Assembly (NCBI GenBank): GCA_002299895.1
Contig: DBOC01000008.1
Coordinates: 112,090-176,089, forward strand
Source: Sphingomonadales bacterium UBA656
Lineage (GTDB): Bacteria > Pseudomonadota > Alphaproteobacteria > Sphingomonadales > Sphingomonadaceae
DNA length: 64,000 nucleotides
Reading direction: 5' to 3'
A program made the translations under genes and the position numbers. Under the pieces are notes generated by a model, which was not told where the DNA came from, did not search any database, and worked only from the letters and a program-made list of their open reading frames with translations. Within the stretch, counting starts at the first letter, position 1. The number at the start of each line of letters is the position of its first letter. Shown here one piece after another: positions 20,765-30,865 of this stretch.

Positions 20765-22500
20765 TATTGCTCTCCCTTCGCCTTCCACACTAAAGGCATC
20801 AATTCGGAAACATCAACATCGCGTGTCATATCCGGAAGAATCCCCACCAACGGACCAATGCGTGTTACTGTTTTCTGCACGACCGGCGCGGCGGTAAAAC
20901 CTGCGGTCCGTTGAAAGCTCGATGCCTCCGTGCCCTTAGGCTCGTCCAGCATGGCCAGTACGACATAACGCGGATTGTCCATCGGGAATGCAGCGGCAAA
21001 GGTCGCGACCACCAGATTGCGACTATATCCGCCAACGCCGGGCTTTTCTGCTGAGCCAGTTTTACCGCCAACGCGATAGCCCGAGGCGTCGGCTTTTTTG
21101 CCTGTGCCATCGACGACAATCATGCGCATCATTTGACGCATCCGTGCGCTGGTTGCGGCCTTAAACACACGTTTTCCGGGAATTTTCGCGCCTGGCTGGG
21201 TTTTGAACATTGTTGCCGGGCGATAGATACCGCCATTCACCATAGCAGCATAAGAGCTCGCCAAATGTAACGGCGTAACGGCAATGCCATGCCCATAACC
21301 AACGGTCATGTTTTTCAGACGATCCCATTTTTTGGGATAAAGCGGCATCGCTTTTTCCGCGAGTTCAATGTCAGGACGCGCATTGAAATGCATCTTACGC
21401 AACATGGCGTCCATACGTGCAGCGCCCAGTTTATCGGCAATTTGCGCGGTCACAATGTTCGAACTGTGGATCAGCGATTCAGGGGCATTAATCCAGCGAT
21501 CTAAAGGGTGCGAATCCCGAATTTTGAACTTACCGACCTGAAGCGGCTGGGTGGCATCATAGCGCACCGAAAGGTCACGCACGGTGCCGGCGTCCATCGC
21601 CGCAGCAACGGTTAAGGGCTTGAAGGTGGAACCAAGCTCATAAACGCGGTTGGTCACATTATTGGTTTGCCGCGTAATAGGGTAGCGACCATCAACTACA
21701 GGCTGCCCGTCATCAGGAATATTGGCGAAAGACGGCCGGTTCGGGTTAAACGATGGCAAGGTTGCCATGGCAATGACTTCGCCCGTTTGCACATCTAGGA
21801 TAACGCCCGCCGCACCTTTGGCAGACGTTGCCTCCATTCCGGATGCAAGCTCGCTTTCAAGCGCCGCCTGCACACGGACGTCCAACGCAAGGTTCAGTGG
21901 CGCCGAACGCTTAGATGGGTCGCGCAGATAGTCATTCATGACCCGCTCCATGCCCATCGCGCCTTTGCCGTCACGGTTTACAAAGCCCAGAACATGCGCC
22001 GCCATGTCGTGCTGCGGATATAGACGCGTGGCTTCACGCGGGAACTCAATAGCGATTTCGCCAAGGCTGTGCACCTGCCGAACTTGCTCTGGCAACGCGC
22101 GCTTCCGCAGATAGCCTGGCTTGTTCGCGGTCAATTTGGCGTAAAATTCAGAAGCCGATGTATCGGGGAAGATTGCCGCCAATTGGTTGGCCAATTGTTT
22201 GCGATCACCCAAAATTTCTGCAGGCTTCACCCAAATCGCATAGCCATAAATGCTACGCGCCAACGGGACGCCGTTACGGTCGACAATGTCGCCGCGCTCG
22301 GGAACATATTCCGTGCTCGTCGCACCATATGCCCGCGTGCTTTCAAATAAGGCCAAGGTAGCAAGGCGACCAATCAACAGCATCACAAACATGCCGAACG
22401 CCACCAATATGATAAGCATGCGCCAAAACCCATGCGCCGCAAATGGCGGTGGATTAACGCCGCTTTTCCGAGTGGTAGTGCGGGCCAGCTGGGGATTCAT
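20764..22500 (-). CDS. ftsI: Penicillin-binding protein 3 (division transpeptidase)
   Basis: RGDIVDRNG, ELGSTFKP (SxxK), HSSN (SxN), GKTGS (KTG). Confidence 0.97.
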   Translation of the reverse strand: MNPQLARTTTRKSGVNPPPFAAHGFWRMLIILVAFGMFVMLLIGRLATLALFESTRAYGATSTEYVPERGDIVDRNGVPLARSIYGYAIWVKPAEILGDRKQLANQLAAIFPDTSASEFYAKLTANKPGYLRKRALPEQVRQVHSLGEIAIEFPREATRLYPQHDMAAHVLGFVNRDGKGAMGMERVMNDYLRDPSKRSAPLNLALDVRVQAALESELASGMEATSAKGAAGVILDVQTGEVIAMATLPSFNPNRPSFANIPDDGQPVVDGRYPITRQTNNVTNRVYELGSTFKPLTVAAAMDAGTVRDLSVRYDATQPLQVGKFKIRDSHPLDRWINAPESLIHSSNIVTAQIADKLGAARMDAMLRKMHFNARPDIELAEKAMPLYPKKWDRLKNMTVGYGHGIAVTPLHLASSYAAMVNGGIYRPATMFKTQPGAKIPGKRVFKAATSARMRQMMRMIVVDGTGKKADASGYRVGGKTGSAEKPGVGGYSRNLVVATFAAAFPMDNPRYVVLAMLDEPKGTEASSFQRTAGFTAAPVVQKTVTRIGPLVGILPDMTRDVDVSELMPLVWKAKGEQ

Positions 22501-23093
22501 CAGCGGCGGCGTTCATTCGCGGACTTGGCCGAAATGTCCCGTAACAAGTCGTCGGACAAAAGCGTTTCGTCCATCCGCGCAAGTCGCTCGGTCCGGGTCT
22601 GTTCAACCTTTGGTGTCACAGGCTTGGGCGCTGCGCGCTTTACGGGTTCGGCGAAAATAGGGGTCGCAACGGCCGTTGCAATCGCGGTCGACTTTTTCAC
22701 CACAGCCTCAATCGTTGGCGCGGGATTAGCTTGGTTCGCGCTCGGCGCAACGTCAATATCTGCAGATGCCATCATTACGGGCTTCGTTTGTTGCAGATCG
22801 CCGGTCAGTTCTGCAAGTGCTGCTTCACCATTGACGAATTGCTGCGCCACAGGTGGCTGATAACCGTATAAAAGCTCGTTCCATTCCTCCAGCTGCTGAA
22901 GGCTGGCACGTGTCCGGATTTCCGCTTGGAGAAAGCTGATTTCCCGCTTTGTCTCAAGAATTTCGCGATCGACCGAGACCAAGTCGCTGTGCGTGGCCGC
23001 AACATTGAGCGACAATGGATACAACAGAATGGCAACCATGAAAACCAAAGCTAACCAGCCCAGATTCTGAAGTCTTTTCATTGCGAGACTCAT
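22500..23093 (-). CDS. ftsL: FtsL-like division protein with long C-terminal tail
   Basis: TM segment then coiled coil ([23 protein letters not shown]); lies between rsmH and ftsI. Confidence 0.75.
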   Translation of the reverse strand: MSLAMKRLQNLGWLALVFMVAILLYPLSLNVAATHSDLVSVDREILETKREISFLQAEIRTRASLQQLEEWNELLYGYQPPVAQQFVNGEAALAELTGDLQQTKPVMMASADIDVAPSANQANPAPTIEAVVKKSTAIATAVATPIFAEPVKRAAPKPVTPKVEQTRTERLARMDETLLSDDLLRDISAKSANERRR

Positions 23094-24046
23094 GCTGCAA
23101 GTCCTCCTGTTGCCCATGCGGGGGCGTGTGTTCGGGTTGCGGAACGCAAGGTTGCTGATCGTGACCGTGGGTTGCGGGCAAGTTCAGCGTCCGATGGCCG
23201 GACGGCCTTGTCTGCTTTATCGAAAGTGGGTGCTGGGCCGTCGCTGCCGACCATGGGCACGTGGCGCGATCCTGCGGCTTCTGCTCCACTGCGGCGACGC
23301 AGAAATTGCTTTACGATGCGATCTTCAAGACTGTGGAAGGTAACGACAGCTAAACGGCCACCGGGCTTCAACATGCGTTCGGCGGCCTCAAGACCATCAG
23401 TTAGCTCGTCCAGTTCGCGATTCACATGAATGCGAAGCGCTTGAAAGGCACGGGTAGCGGGATCTTTCGGCGCGCCGGGCTTGTGACCAACGGCCTTGCG
23501 GACAATCGTGGCCAATTGGGCAGTGGTTTCTATGGGCCGTGCAGCGACAATCGAACGCGCAATGCGGCGTGAGCGATGCTCTTCACCATAACGGTAGATA
23601 ATGTCGGCAATGTCAGCCTCTTCGGCTTCGTTGACGAAGTCTGCTGCCGTCATGCCGTCCTGACCCATGCGCATATCAAGCGGCCCATCCTTTTGAAAAG
23701 AAAAGCCACGCTCGGCGCGATCAAGCTGCATCGACGAAACGCCGATATCCAATACGACGCCGTCGACCGACGAAACACCATCAGCCGTCAAGACATCGTC
23801 CATGTTAGAAAAACAGGCCGCGTAAAGGCGCAAAGCACCCTCGCTGCGGCCTGCAAGGTCTGCACCTTCTTTAAGGGCATCGGGATCGCGGTCGAACGCA
23901 AAAACGCGCGCACCGCCAGCCAGTATCGCTTGGCTGTATCCACCTGCACCAAAGGTACCATCCACGATCTCAGCACCAGGGGTGATGGCGAGAGAGTGAA
24001 TTACTTCATCCAGTAAGACTGGAATATGGGGGGCTGGAGCGCTCAT
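23090..24046 (-). CDS. rsmH: 16S rRNA m4C1402 methyltransferase
   Basis: [46 protein letters not shown]. Confidence 0.98.
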   Translation of the reverse strand: MSAPAPHIPVLLDEVIHSLAITPGAEIVDGTFGAGGYSQAILAGGARVFAFDRDPDALKEGADLAGRSEGALRLYAACFSNMDDVLTADGVSSVDGVVLDIGVSSMQLDRAERGFSFQKDGPLDMRMGQDGMTAADFVNEAEEADIADIIYRYGEEHRSRRIARSIVAARPIETTAQLATIVRKAVGHKPGAPKDPATRAFQALRIHVNRELDELTDGLEAAERMLKPGGRLAVVTFHSLEDRIVKQFLRRRSGAEAAGSRHVPMVGSDGPAPTFDKADKAVRPSDAELARNPRSRSATLRSATRTHAPAWATGGLAA

Positions 24047-24531
24047 TTGTCGCGCTTTGCCTGGGACAGCCAATAATTCAGCTCGTCCTTAACGGGATTG
24101 AATGCTGCAGGCGCTTCATTGAGGAAGACGTCAGGGTTCCACAGCATGAAATGTGTTGTCGCACCAAAGAAGAAAGCGCGATCTTCGATGCGCCCAAAAT
24201 GCTTGAGCATCGGTGACAGCACGAAACGGCCGCTTGCTTCAAACGCTGTTTCGAAAATCGAGGAGGCAGATACGCCAGCAATTTCACGATCAAATTCGGC
24301 ACCGCGGTTAACGGCGCTTTGCCATTGGGCTTCGATGTCGGCGCGCAGCTTCAGGCGTTCGGAGCCGCCAAAACCAATGAGGCAAGGCAAGGTGGAATGG
24401 CGCGATATACACACGCTGTTGCTGCCGCTGGATTGCTGGACGCTGTCACGCAGTTCCGCAGGAATAGTCGTGCGGCCTTTGGCGTCGACATTCGACACCC
24501 CCGAACCTGCATAAACGACCAAAGCTGACAC
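24043..24531 (-). CDS. mraZ: Division/cell wall cluster transcriptional repressor MraZ
   Basis: VDAKGR and second EASGRF AbrB-like motifs; first gene of the dcw cluster. GTG at 24531 has a better RBS spacing than 24543. Confidence 0.85.
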   Translation of the reverse strand: MSALVVYAGSGVSNVDAKGRTTIPAELRDSVQQSSGSNSVCISRHSTLPCLIGFGGSERLKLRADIEAQWQSAVNRGAEFDREIAGVSASSIFETAFEASGRFVLSPMLKHFGRIEDRAFFFGATTHFMLWNPDVFLNEAPAAFNPVKDELNYWLSQAKRDK

Positions 24532-24651
24532 TGTCTGAACCACCCCTAGAAAAAGGGCGCAGATCTCTAATCATGGCGAAGCATATCGCCATGCGGACGC
24601 CGTAACGACCGATAGAATCAGGAATCCACCCCTTGTTGACTGTGCATAGCA

Positions 24652-24686
24652 AGGGATTTTATGGATGAAAAGAGGGATTTTATGGA
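24652..24686. promoter_or_regulatory. Perfect 14-bp direct repeat (AGGGATTTTATGGA x2) upstream of mraZ; candidate MraZ operator
   Basis: Copies at 24652-24665 and 24673-24686 give four GGGA/TGGA units at about 10-11 bp spacing. Confidence 0.5.
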
Positions 24687-24842
24687 AAAACTATATTATT
24701 TTTCACAAAAATGTCGAAATTCCTTCACTTCCTGTGCACCACCCCCAATGAAGCGGACAAAATAAGATCAATTTTGTCGCGTCAAAATGCCTGAAATCCG
24801 CGGTTTTGCGCATGATATCGGCACCAATTTCCCTCTCGCCCA

Positions 24843-25664
24843 TCATTTTTCCACAAAATCCCCACGCAGTCCCTTATCGTCTTGCAGCGCCGTCAAAAGC
24901 GCTTGCAACAGGGCCATATTGGCAAATTCATCCTTGCCGGTGAGGATCCGCATGCCGCGCCCTTCCCAAAAGGCGGTATCGACAAAATCGGCATCGGCCA
25001 CAAGCACAGCGCGCCCTTTACCAATGCGGCAATCGGCCAAAAGGCCTTTGGCCAATATGGCGCAGCTGCCTTCGGCGCCGGGCGCTTTGGGCAACCACTC
25101 GCCCGCTGTTACCGTACGGATATTGAACACGCCTATCTTGCGCATAGAGACAGGCGCCTCATCCGCGAGCGGCAAGGCCAGCTCCACGCCCCAATAAGCG
25201 AATAAAGGCGACAGCATGGACGTAAACAGCGGACGCCGTTTATCGCCCAGCGGGTAAAGGCTGCCCCATTGTAAGGCAGGATCCGCAAGTATCAAAACAT
25301 GCCCGCCTTGCCGGACCCAATTGTCGATCCAGACCAGTTCATTCGGCGCAAAAGCCCGCGGTTGCGCGAGCAGGAGTAACTGCTTTGGCTTTGGCGCCCA
25401 CGCGTTTAGATCATCGACGGGCGTGATGTTATAATGGTCGCTCAGACGCGTAAATGCGGGATGCGGGGCAGCGTCCTTGCGGAGATCGGCCTCAATACCC
25501 CCCTCGCTCCATAGCAGCGGCAGCGTTGTCATCAGCCCCAATGGAGGCTTTGGCCGACTGTCCACTGGACGTGGGGCAAAAACAGCCACAAGCAAAAGCA
25601 AAAGGCCCAGCAGCAAAAGGACAAGTAGCCACTTTTTACCGCCGAACCGGGTCAATCGATCCAT
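24843..25664 (-). CDS. Membrane-anchored GldG/DUF4350-like (ABC auxiliary) protein
   Basis: N-terminal TM; LLLLAQPRAF...LVWIDNWVRQGGHVLILADP and GRAVLVADADF, resembling glutamine-amidotransferase-like auxiliary domains. Start uncertain. Confidence 0.6.
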   Translation of the reverse strand: MDRLTRFGGKKWLLVLLLLGLLLLLVAVFAPRPVDSRPKPPLGLMTTLPLLWSEGGIEADLRKDAAPHPAFTRLSDHYNITPVDDLNAWAPKPKQLLLLAQPRAFAPNELVWIDNWVRQGGHVLILADPALQWGSLYPLGDKRRPLFTSMLSPLFAYWGVELALPLADEAPVSMRKIGVFNIRTVTAGEWLPKAPGAEGSCAILAKGLLADCRIGKGRAVLVADADFVDTAFWEGRGMRILTGKDEFANMALLQALLTALQDDKGLRGDFVEK

Positions 25665-25677
25665 CACCAAATAGAAA

Positions 25678-25965
25678 TCACCGCGCCGGCGCGGGTGAAA
25701 GCGGCGTTTGCGCCGCGTCATTGGCGGCTCTTTCGGCATCTGTCTCTTTCGCCACCGGGGTAACCCCCAGCTCCGCCAGCGGTTCATCCGGTGTCGCGTC
25801 CTTGTCAGCTATCAAAGGTGCAGCGTCGGGCACGCCCCCTGTTTGTGGCCCATCGCTTACCCGATCAAGAACCATATTGGCCAATATTACGAACAACAGC
25901 ACCACGACGAGACCGACAAGTCCCACCTGAATGCGCTGAATTGCGGATTGCTTTTGTTCGGCCAT
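25678..25965 (-). CDS. Small single-pass membrane hypothetical protein
   Basis: QRIQVGLVGLVVVLLFVILANMV TM followed by acidic/Pro tail EPLAELGVTP; AGGA RBS upstream. Confidence 0.75.
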   Translation of the reverse strand: MAEQKQSAIQRIQVGLVGLVVVLLFVILANMVLDRVSDGPQTGGVPDAAPLIADKDATPDEPLAELGVTPVAKETDAERAANDAAQTPLSPAPAR

Positions 25966-25995
25966 ATGCGTTTTCCTTAGATCCCAATATTGCCT

Positions 25996-26988
25996 TTAGA
26001 CGCCCTGCTGCCAAGGCATCACGGGAAGGTTTTTGCTGCGCATCCATGCGGGGTTATAGATGGTCGACAAATAGCGAAAGCCTGTGTCGCATAATATCGT
26101 CACGATACGTTTACCCGGCCCCAGATGCTTTGCCAGCGCGATGGCGCCAGCCACATTGATACCCGACGATAGCCCAAGGCAAAGCCCCTCCTCCGCCAAA
26201 AGCCGCTTTACCCAGACAAGGCCTTCTTCATCGGAAATGCGGAATTGCGTATCAATGGGCGCACCTTCGAGATTGGCGGTGATCCTGCCCTGCCCGATGC
26301 CTTCAGCGACCGAACTGCCCTCGGCGCTTAATTCGCCGCAGGCATAATAATTATAAAGCGCCGCACCATGCGGATCGGCAAGAGCGATAGTGACGCCTTC
26401 ATCCTTTGCCTTTAGACCAAGCCCTACGCCTGCAATCGTGCCGCCTGTGCCAGCGGCGCAAATGAAGCCATCAATCTTGCCATCCATCTGCGTCCAGATT
26501 TCCTCGGCAGTCGTTTCGATATGCGCACGGCGATTGGCGATATTATCAAACTGGTTTGCCCAGACGGCATTTTCGGTTTCTTCGGCCAGTCGGCGCGAGG
26601 TATGCACAAAATGTCCTGGGTTTGCATAAGGTGCGGCAGGCACCAGCACGAGCTCTGCTCCCAAAGCGCGCAGCGTGTCCTTTTTCTCCTGGCTCTGCGT
26701 TTCGGGCATGACAATAATCGTCTTATACCCAAGCGCATTACACACCAATGCAAGGCCAATGCCGGTGTTTCCCGCCGTGCCTTCGACAATTGTCCCGCCT
26801 GGTTTCAAAAGCCCCTGCCGTTCGGCATCGCGAACAATGTAAAGCGCGGCACGGTCCTTTACCGACGCACCGGGATTTACATATTCACATTTACCAAAAA
26901 TATCGCATCCGGCTTCCTCGCTTGGTCCATTCAAGCGAACAAGCGGCGTGTTGCCAATCAAATCAAGTGTTGAGCCAATGGTGTTCAT
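25996..26988 (-). CDS. cysK: Cysteine synthase (PLP-dependent)
   Basis: IGNTPLVRL, NPGASVKDRAA (PLP Lys), EGTAGNTGIGLA, AGTGGT, LGLSSGIN. Confidence 0.93.
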   Translation of the reverse strand: MNTIGSTLDLIGNTPLVRLNGPSEEAGCDIFGKCEYVNPGASVKDRAALYIVRDAERQGLLKPGGTIVEGTAGNTGIGLALVCNALGYKTIIVMPETQSQEKKDTLRALGAELVLVPAAPYANPGHFVHTSRRLAEETENAVWANQFDNIANRRAHIETTAEEIWTQMDGKIDGFICAAGTGGTIAGVGLGLKAKDEGVTIALADPHGAALYNYYACGELSAEGSSVAEGIGQGRITANLEGAPIDTQFRISDEEGLVWVKRLLAEEGLCLGLSSGINVAGAIALAKHLGPGKRIVTILCDTGFRYLSTIYNPAWMRSKNLPVMPWQQGV

Positions 26989-27092
26989 ATCGCCGATAGC
27001 TAGGCGCGTTCATGGCCAATCGCAAGACGGTCTGGCTTTGAACGCGACAATATGCGCGCCAAAAGCCGGAATATTAACAAAATGCATTTCAG

Positions 27093-27115
27093 GTATTGTT
27101 ATATTATATCATTAA
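27093..27115. promoter_or_regulatory. Zur-like box upstream of the TonB receptor
   Basis: GTATTGTTATATTATATCATTAA matches the Zur palindrome GAAATGTTATA-N-TATAACATTTC at 17 of 22 defined positions. Confidence 0.65.
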
Positions 27116-27162
27116 ACATATTATGGCGATCAATCTTTCGCTCTTATGGACGACGCTCTCTT

Positions 27163-29298
27163 ATGAAAAACACAGCGCTTCTGACGATATCCGCAAGCCT
27201 ATCCGCATTATCGCTGGCCTGGGCGACGCCCGCTTATGCGCAGCAGAGCAATGCGGCGTCGACCGAAGGCAATAGGGTATCTGACGATTTTCACGGCACT
27301 GACGATATCGTTGTCACCGCACCTTATGTCGAACGGCTCGACATTCTATCGGGCACGTCGGCAATTTCGGGCGAAGTGCTCGCTGACAAAACGCGCGCGC
27401 AATTGGGCGATATCCTCACCAGCCTGCCCGGCGTTTCGGCGACGAGCTTCTCGCCGGGTGCATCGCGGCCCGTGCTGCGTGGATATCAAGGGAACCGCGT
27501 CGCCGTCCTGACCGACGGCATTGGCAATATCGACGCCTCCAACACGTCGGCCGATCATGCGGTGACCATCGATACGTTGACGGTTGAACGCATTGAAGTG
27601 CTGCGCGGGCCAGCGGTCTTGTTATTCGGCGGCCAAGCCGTGGGCGGCGCGGTTAATGCGCTCGACAAAAGGATACCGCGCTCCATCCCAGACGAAGACA
27701 TCCACATTGACGCATTGGCGGGATATGGCAGCGCCGCACGCGACTGGTCTGGTGGCGCGTCGATTGATATGCCGCTCACCGAGCGGGTCATCGTCCATCT
27801 CGACGGCAGCTACCGGAACAGTGATGATATGCGTTCCGGCGGCTATGTCCTATCCCCCAATTTGCGCGCTGAGGTACTGGACTTTGCGGCCGAGGAAGCA
27901 AGCGAAGGTCATCTCGAAGAAGCATCCGAAGCACGTGAACTGGCGGACCAGCGTGGCCAGATTCCCAACAGCGCGGTGAAAAGCTGGACCGCCGGTGGTG
28001 GCATTGCGTTTATCGATGAGGTCGGCAATCTTGGCGTGTCGTACAGTATTTACGACACAAATTATGGCATCCCCGCTCGCCCCGGCGCATCCCATGCACA
28101 TGAGGGCGAAGAGCCTACAGAAGGTGAAGTGCCCGTTACCATCGGCTTGCGGCAATATCGTTTTGACCTGCGCGGTGAAGTCAATTTGGGCGAGGGCTTA
28201 TTCGAAAAACTGCGTCTGCGCGCGGGTTACGCCGATTATACCCATACCGAATTTGAAGGCGACGAAGTCGGCACCGTCTTTAACAGCCAAGGTATCGAGG
28301 CGCGGGCCGAATTTGTGCAGAATGACCTGGGCGGCTGGCGCGGGGCCAGCGGCGTCCAATATCAGTCCCGCGATTTGGAAGCCATTGGGGCAGAAGCCTT
28401 CATCCCGCCCAACACCACACGGCAATTAGGTCTATTCACCTTGCAGGAATATACCAATGGCAATCTGGACGCCGAAATCGCGATACGGTTTGACACAGCA
28501 AAGCTGCGCGCCGACGCTTTGGGACTTTCGCGCACGTTCAACAATGTCTCGGCCGCATTTGGCCTTGGCTACCATATTGGCGATCTGAAAATCGGTGCAA
28601 ATATTTCGCGGACAGGCCGTGCGCCAGCGGTGGAGGAGTTATTCTCCAACGGTCCGCATATCGCGACCCAAGCCTATGAAATGGGCGATCCTGATCTGAA
28701 AAGCGAGCGTGCTTGGAATGGCGAACTCTACGCACGATACGAAACGCCGGCCACCGCATTCAGCGCAACGCTGTATACCAACCGGTTCGACAATTTCATT
28801 TATGAGGCGGAAACGGGCGACATCGAAGACGATTTGCCCGTGTTCCAATATTTCCAAAATGACGCCAAGGTCTGGGGGATTGAGTTTCAGGCGTCCCAGC
28901 GCCTCGCGAGCTTTGGCAGCTCGGACCTGTCGGTCGATGGTGTTGCGGATTATACACGCGCCAAAATCTCGTCCGGTGGCGGCGATGTCCCGCGCATCCC
29001 ACCCTTGCGTTTACTGGGCGGCGTTGAGTTGGCCCATGCAAATTTTGACCTGCGCGGTGAAGTCGAATTTAACGATGACCAAACCAAGACCGCGGCATTT
29101 GAGACGCCAACCAATGGCTTCACTTTGGTCAACGCTTCGGCGACCTGGCGGCCGTTCGGGCGCATTCGAAATATTGCATTGATAGCTTCGGCGAACAATA
29201 TCTTCGACGTCACTGCTCGGCGCGCTGCGGCCTTTACCAAGGATTTTGTGCCTTTAGCTGGTCGTGATTTCCGGGTGACAGCGCGCGTCAGTTTTTGA
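27163..29298 (+). CDS. TonB-dependent receptor, probably zinc-uptake (ZnuD-like)
   Basis: Signal peptide, TonB box DDIVVTA, plug (GASRPVLRG...RIEVLRGPAVLLFGGQAVGGAVN), His/Glu-rich loops (EGHLEE, SHAHEGEE), terminal Phe; Zur-like box upstream. Confidence 0.9.
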   Translation: MKNTALLTISASLSALSLAWATPAYAQQSNAASTEGNRVSDDFHGTDDIVVTAPYVERLDILSGTSAISGEVLADKTRAQLGDILTSLPGVSATSFSPGASRPVLRGYQGNRVAVLTDGIGNIDASNTSADHAVTIDTLTVERIEVLRGPAVLLFGGQAVGGAVNALDKRIPRSIPDEDIHIDALAGYGSAARDWSGGASIDMPLTERVIVHLDGSYRNSDDMRSGGYVLSPNLRAEVLDFAAEEASEGHLEEASEARELADQRGQIPNSAVKSWTAGGGIAFIDEVGNLGVSYSIYDTNYGIPARPGASHAHEGEEPTEGEVPVTIGLRQYRFDLRGEVNLGEGLFEKLRLRAGYADYTHTEFEGDEVGTVFNSQGIEARAEFVQNDLGGWRGASGVQYQSRDLEAIGAEAFIPPNTTRQLGLFTLQEYTNGNLDAEIAIRFDTAKLRADALGLSRTFNNVSAAFGLGYHIGDLKIGANISRTGRAPAVEELFSNGPHIATQAYEMGDPDLKSERAWNGELYARYETPATAFSATLYTNRFDNFIYEAETGDIEDDLPVFQYFQNDAKVWGIEFQASQRLASFGSSDLSVDGVADYTRAKISSGGGDVPRIPPLRLLGGVELAHANFDLRGEVEFNDDQTKTAAFETPTNGFTLVNASATWRPFGRIRNIALIASANNIFDVTARRAAAFTKDFVPLAGRDFRVTARVSF

Positions 29299-29360
29299 TT
29301 GGCGACGATTGCGCAAACGCGGTCAAGGTGTGCCTTGACTGGGGAAGCGTTATTCTTCTG

Positions 29361-29449
29361 CGTCACCCTGAACTCGTTTAAGGGTCCATTTATCCATTCT
29401 AGCTCTGGGCGTGCTGCACGATGGACCCTGAAACAAGTTCAGGGTGACG
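29361..29449. repeat. CGTC-tagged double-hairpin palindromic repeat (REP-dimer-like), copy 1
   Basis: CGTCACCCTGAACTCGTTTAAGGGTCCAT - 31 nt - ATGGACCCTGAAACAAGTTCAGGGTGACG; lies between convergent TonB receptor and tatC. Confidence 0.9.
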
Positions 29450-29502
29450 ACGTGGGGAGTTAAGGAGGAATGGCAAGGATGACGATAATGCCATCAAGCC
29501 TA

Positions 29503-30267
29503 TTATGCGGCCTCTTCAGCAGCCTCTGCTTTGTTGCGACGTCGGCGCGTGAACCAGATCGCAATAAGGGCTAGCTCGTATAATATGCACAAAGGGATCG
29601 CGAGCAGCAATTGCGACACAACATCCGGCGGAGTGAGCACGGCAGCGATGGCAAAGGCACCGACAATCGCATAGCGCCGCGCGCTCTTCAGCTGCTCCAA
29701 CGTCACAATGCCTGCGCGTTCCAGCAACATGAGCAAGACGGGGAGCAGAAACGATATGCCGAAGCCAAAAATGAACTTCATGACAAAATTCAGATAATTG
29801 TCGACACCCGGCAGCGCCTGTTGCTCAACACCACCCACTGAACCGCCAAAACCCAGCAAATACTCCAATGCCACAGGTATCGCCATATAATAGGCCATGG
29901 ACGCGCCAATGATGAATAAGACGGGTGTTGCGAGCAAGAATGGCAGAAATGCACGCTTTTCCTTGCTGTAGAGCCCCGGCGCCACGAAACGCCATAATTG
30001 CGTCGCAAATACTGGGAAGGAGAAGAAAGAGGCGGCAAAAAAAGCGACCTTAATCTCGACAAAAAATGCCTCAAATATCGCGGTGTAAATCAGTTTCGTT
30101 TGGCCCGACGCCAGCAAGGGCTGCACCAGAAAGCCAAAGATCGGCCGTGCGAAATACAGGCTGATGCCAAAGGCGATGGCGAGCGCCAAAAAGCTCCAGA
30201 GCAGGCGGCTGCGCAGCTCAATCAAATGATCGAGCAAGGGCATTTTGCTGTCGTCGATATCGCTCAT
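29503..30267 (-). CDS. tatC: Twin-arginine translocase subunit TatC
   Basis: MPLLDHLIELRSRL, APGLYSKEK, AAVLTPPDVVSQ. Confidence 0.98.
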   Translation of the reverse strand: MSDIDDSKMPLLDHLIELRSRLLWSFLALAIAFGISLYFARPIFGFLVQPLLASGQTKLIYTAIFEAFFVEIKVAFFAASFFSFPVFATQLWRFVAPGLYSKEKRAFLPFLLATPVLFIIGASMAYYMAIPVALEYLLGFGGSVGGVEQQALPGVDNYLNFVMKFIFGFGISFLLPVLLMLLERAGIVTLEQLKSARRYAIVGAFAIAAVLTPPDVVSQLLLAIPLCILYELALIAIWFTRRRRNKAEAAEEAA

Positions 30268-30596
30268 GGCTTAGGCGCCGTTTCACTGGGCGGCGTGTCG
30301 GCAGGCGTTTCTGCACCATCTATTGTAGGATCATCACCGACCACATCGGCGCGGGGATCGGCCGGATGCGCCGCCATAATGCGCTCATTTTCCGCCTTCC
30401 ACTTTTTCTCCAACTCTTCGAGTTCGGACTGACGCACCATTTCGTCAAAGCCCGACCGGAAATGCGCCGCGACACCGCGCGCCTTGCCCACCCATTTGCC
30501 GACAAAGCGCAATGCCTTTGGCAAATCTTTTGGCCCAATGACCAGAAGCGCCACAAGGACAACAAGCAACAGTTCGGAAGACGCGATGTCAAACAC
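30264..30596 (-). CDS. tatB: Twin-arginine translocase subunit TatB
   Basis: MFDIASSELLLVVLVALLVIGPKDLP. Confidence 0.97.
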   Translation of the reverse strand: MFDIASSELLLVVLVALLVIGPKDLPKALRFVGKWVGKARGVAAHFRSGFDEMVRQSELEELEKKWKAENERIMAAHPADPRADVVGDDPTIDGAETPADTPPSETAPKP

Positions 30597-30643
30597 GTCA
30601 GGCCCCCGACATCGAGGGCAAGTGATGTCGCACAGGCAATGAC

Positions 30644-30865
30644 TTAGCCTTGGGTCTTGTCAGTCTGCTTTTCAGCATCAACGACTGTGTTCGCGCCGAT
30701 TTGCGGCGGAGCCTTAGGAGCCTCGTCGTCTTCGCTCATGCCCTTTTTAAAGCTTTTAATGCCTTTGGCGACATCGCCCATCATATCAGAAAAACGCCCC
30801 TTGCCGAACAAGAGCAACACCAAAATGCCAACAATCAACCAGTGCCAGATGCTAAAACCACCCAT
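30644..30865 (-). CDS. tatA: Twin-arginine translocase subunit TatA
   Basis: [12 protein letters not shown]...[24 protein letters not shown]. Confidence 0.97.
   Translation of the reverse strand: MGGFSIWHWLIVGILVLLLFGKGRFSDMMGDVAKGIKSFKKGMSEDDEAPKAPPQIGANTVVDAEKQTDKTQG

Noticed and set aside
29361-29449. Repeats as CRISPR array or IS ends
   Set aside because: Copies are dispersed 5-15 kb apart, not arrayed; there are no cas genes, no transposase between the arms and no target-site duplication.
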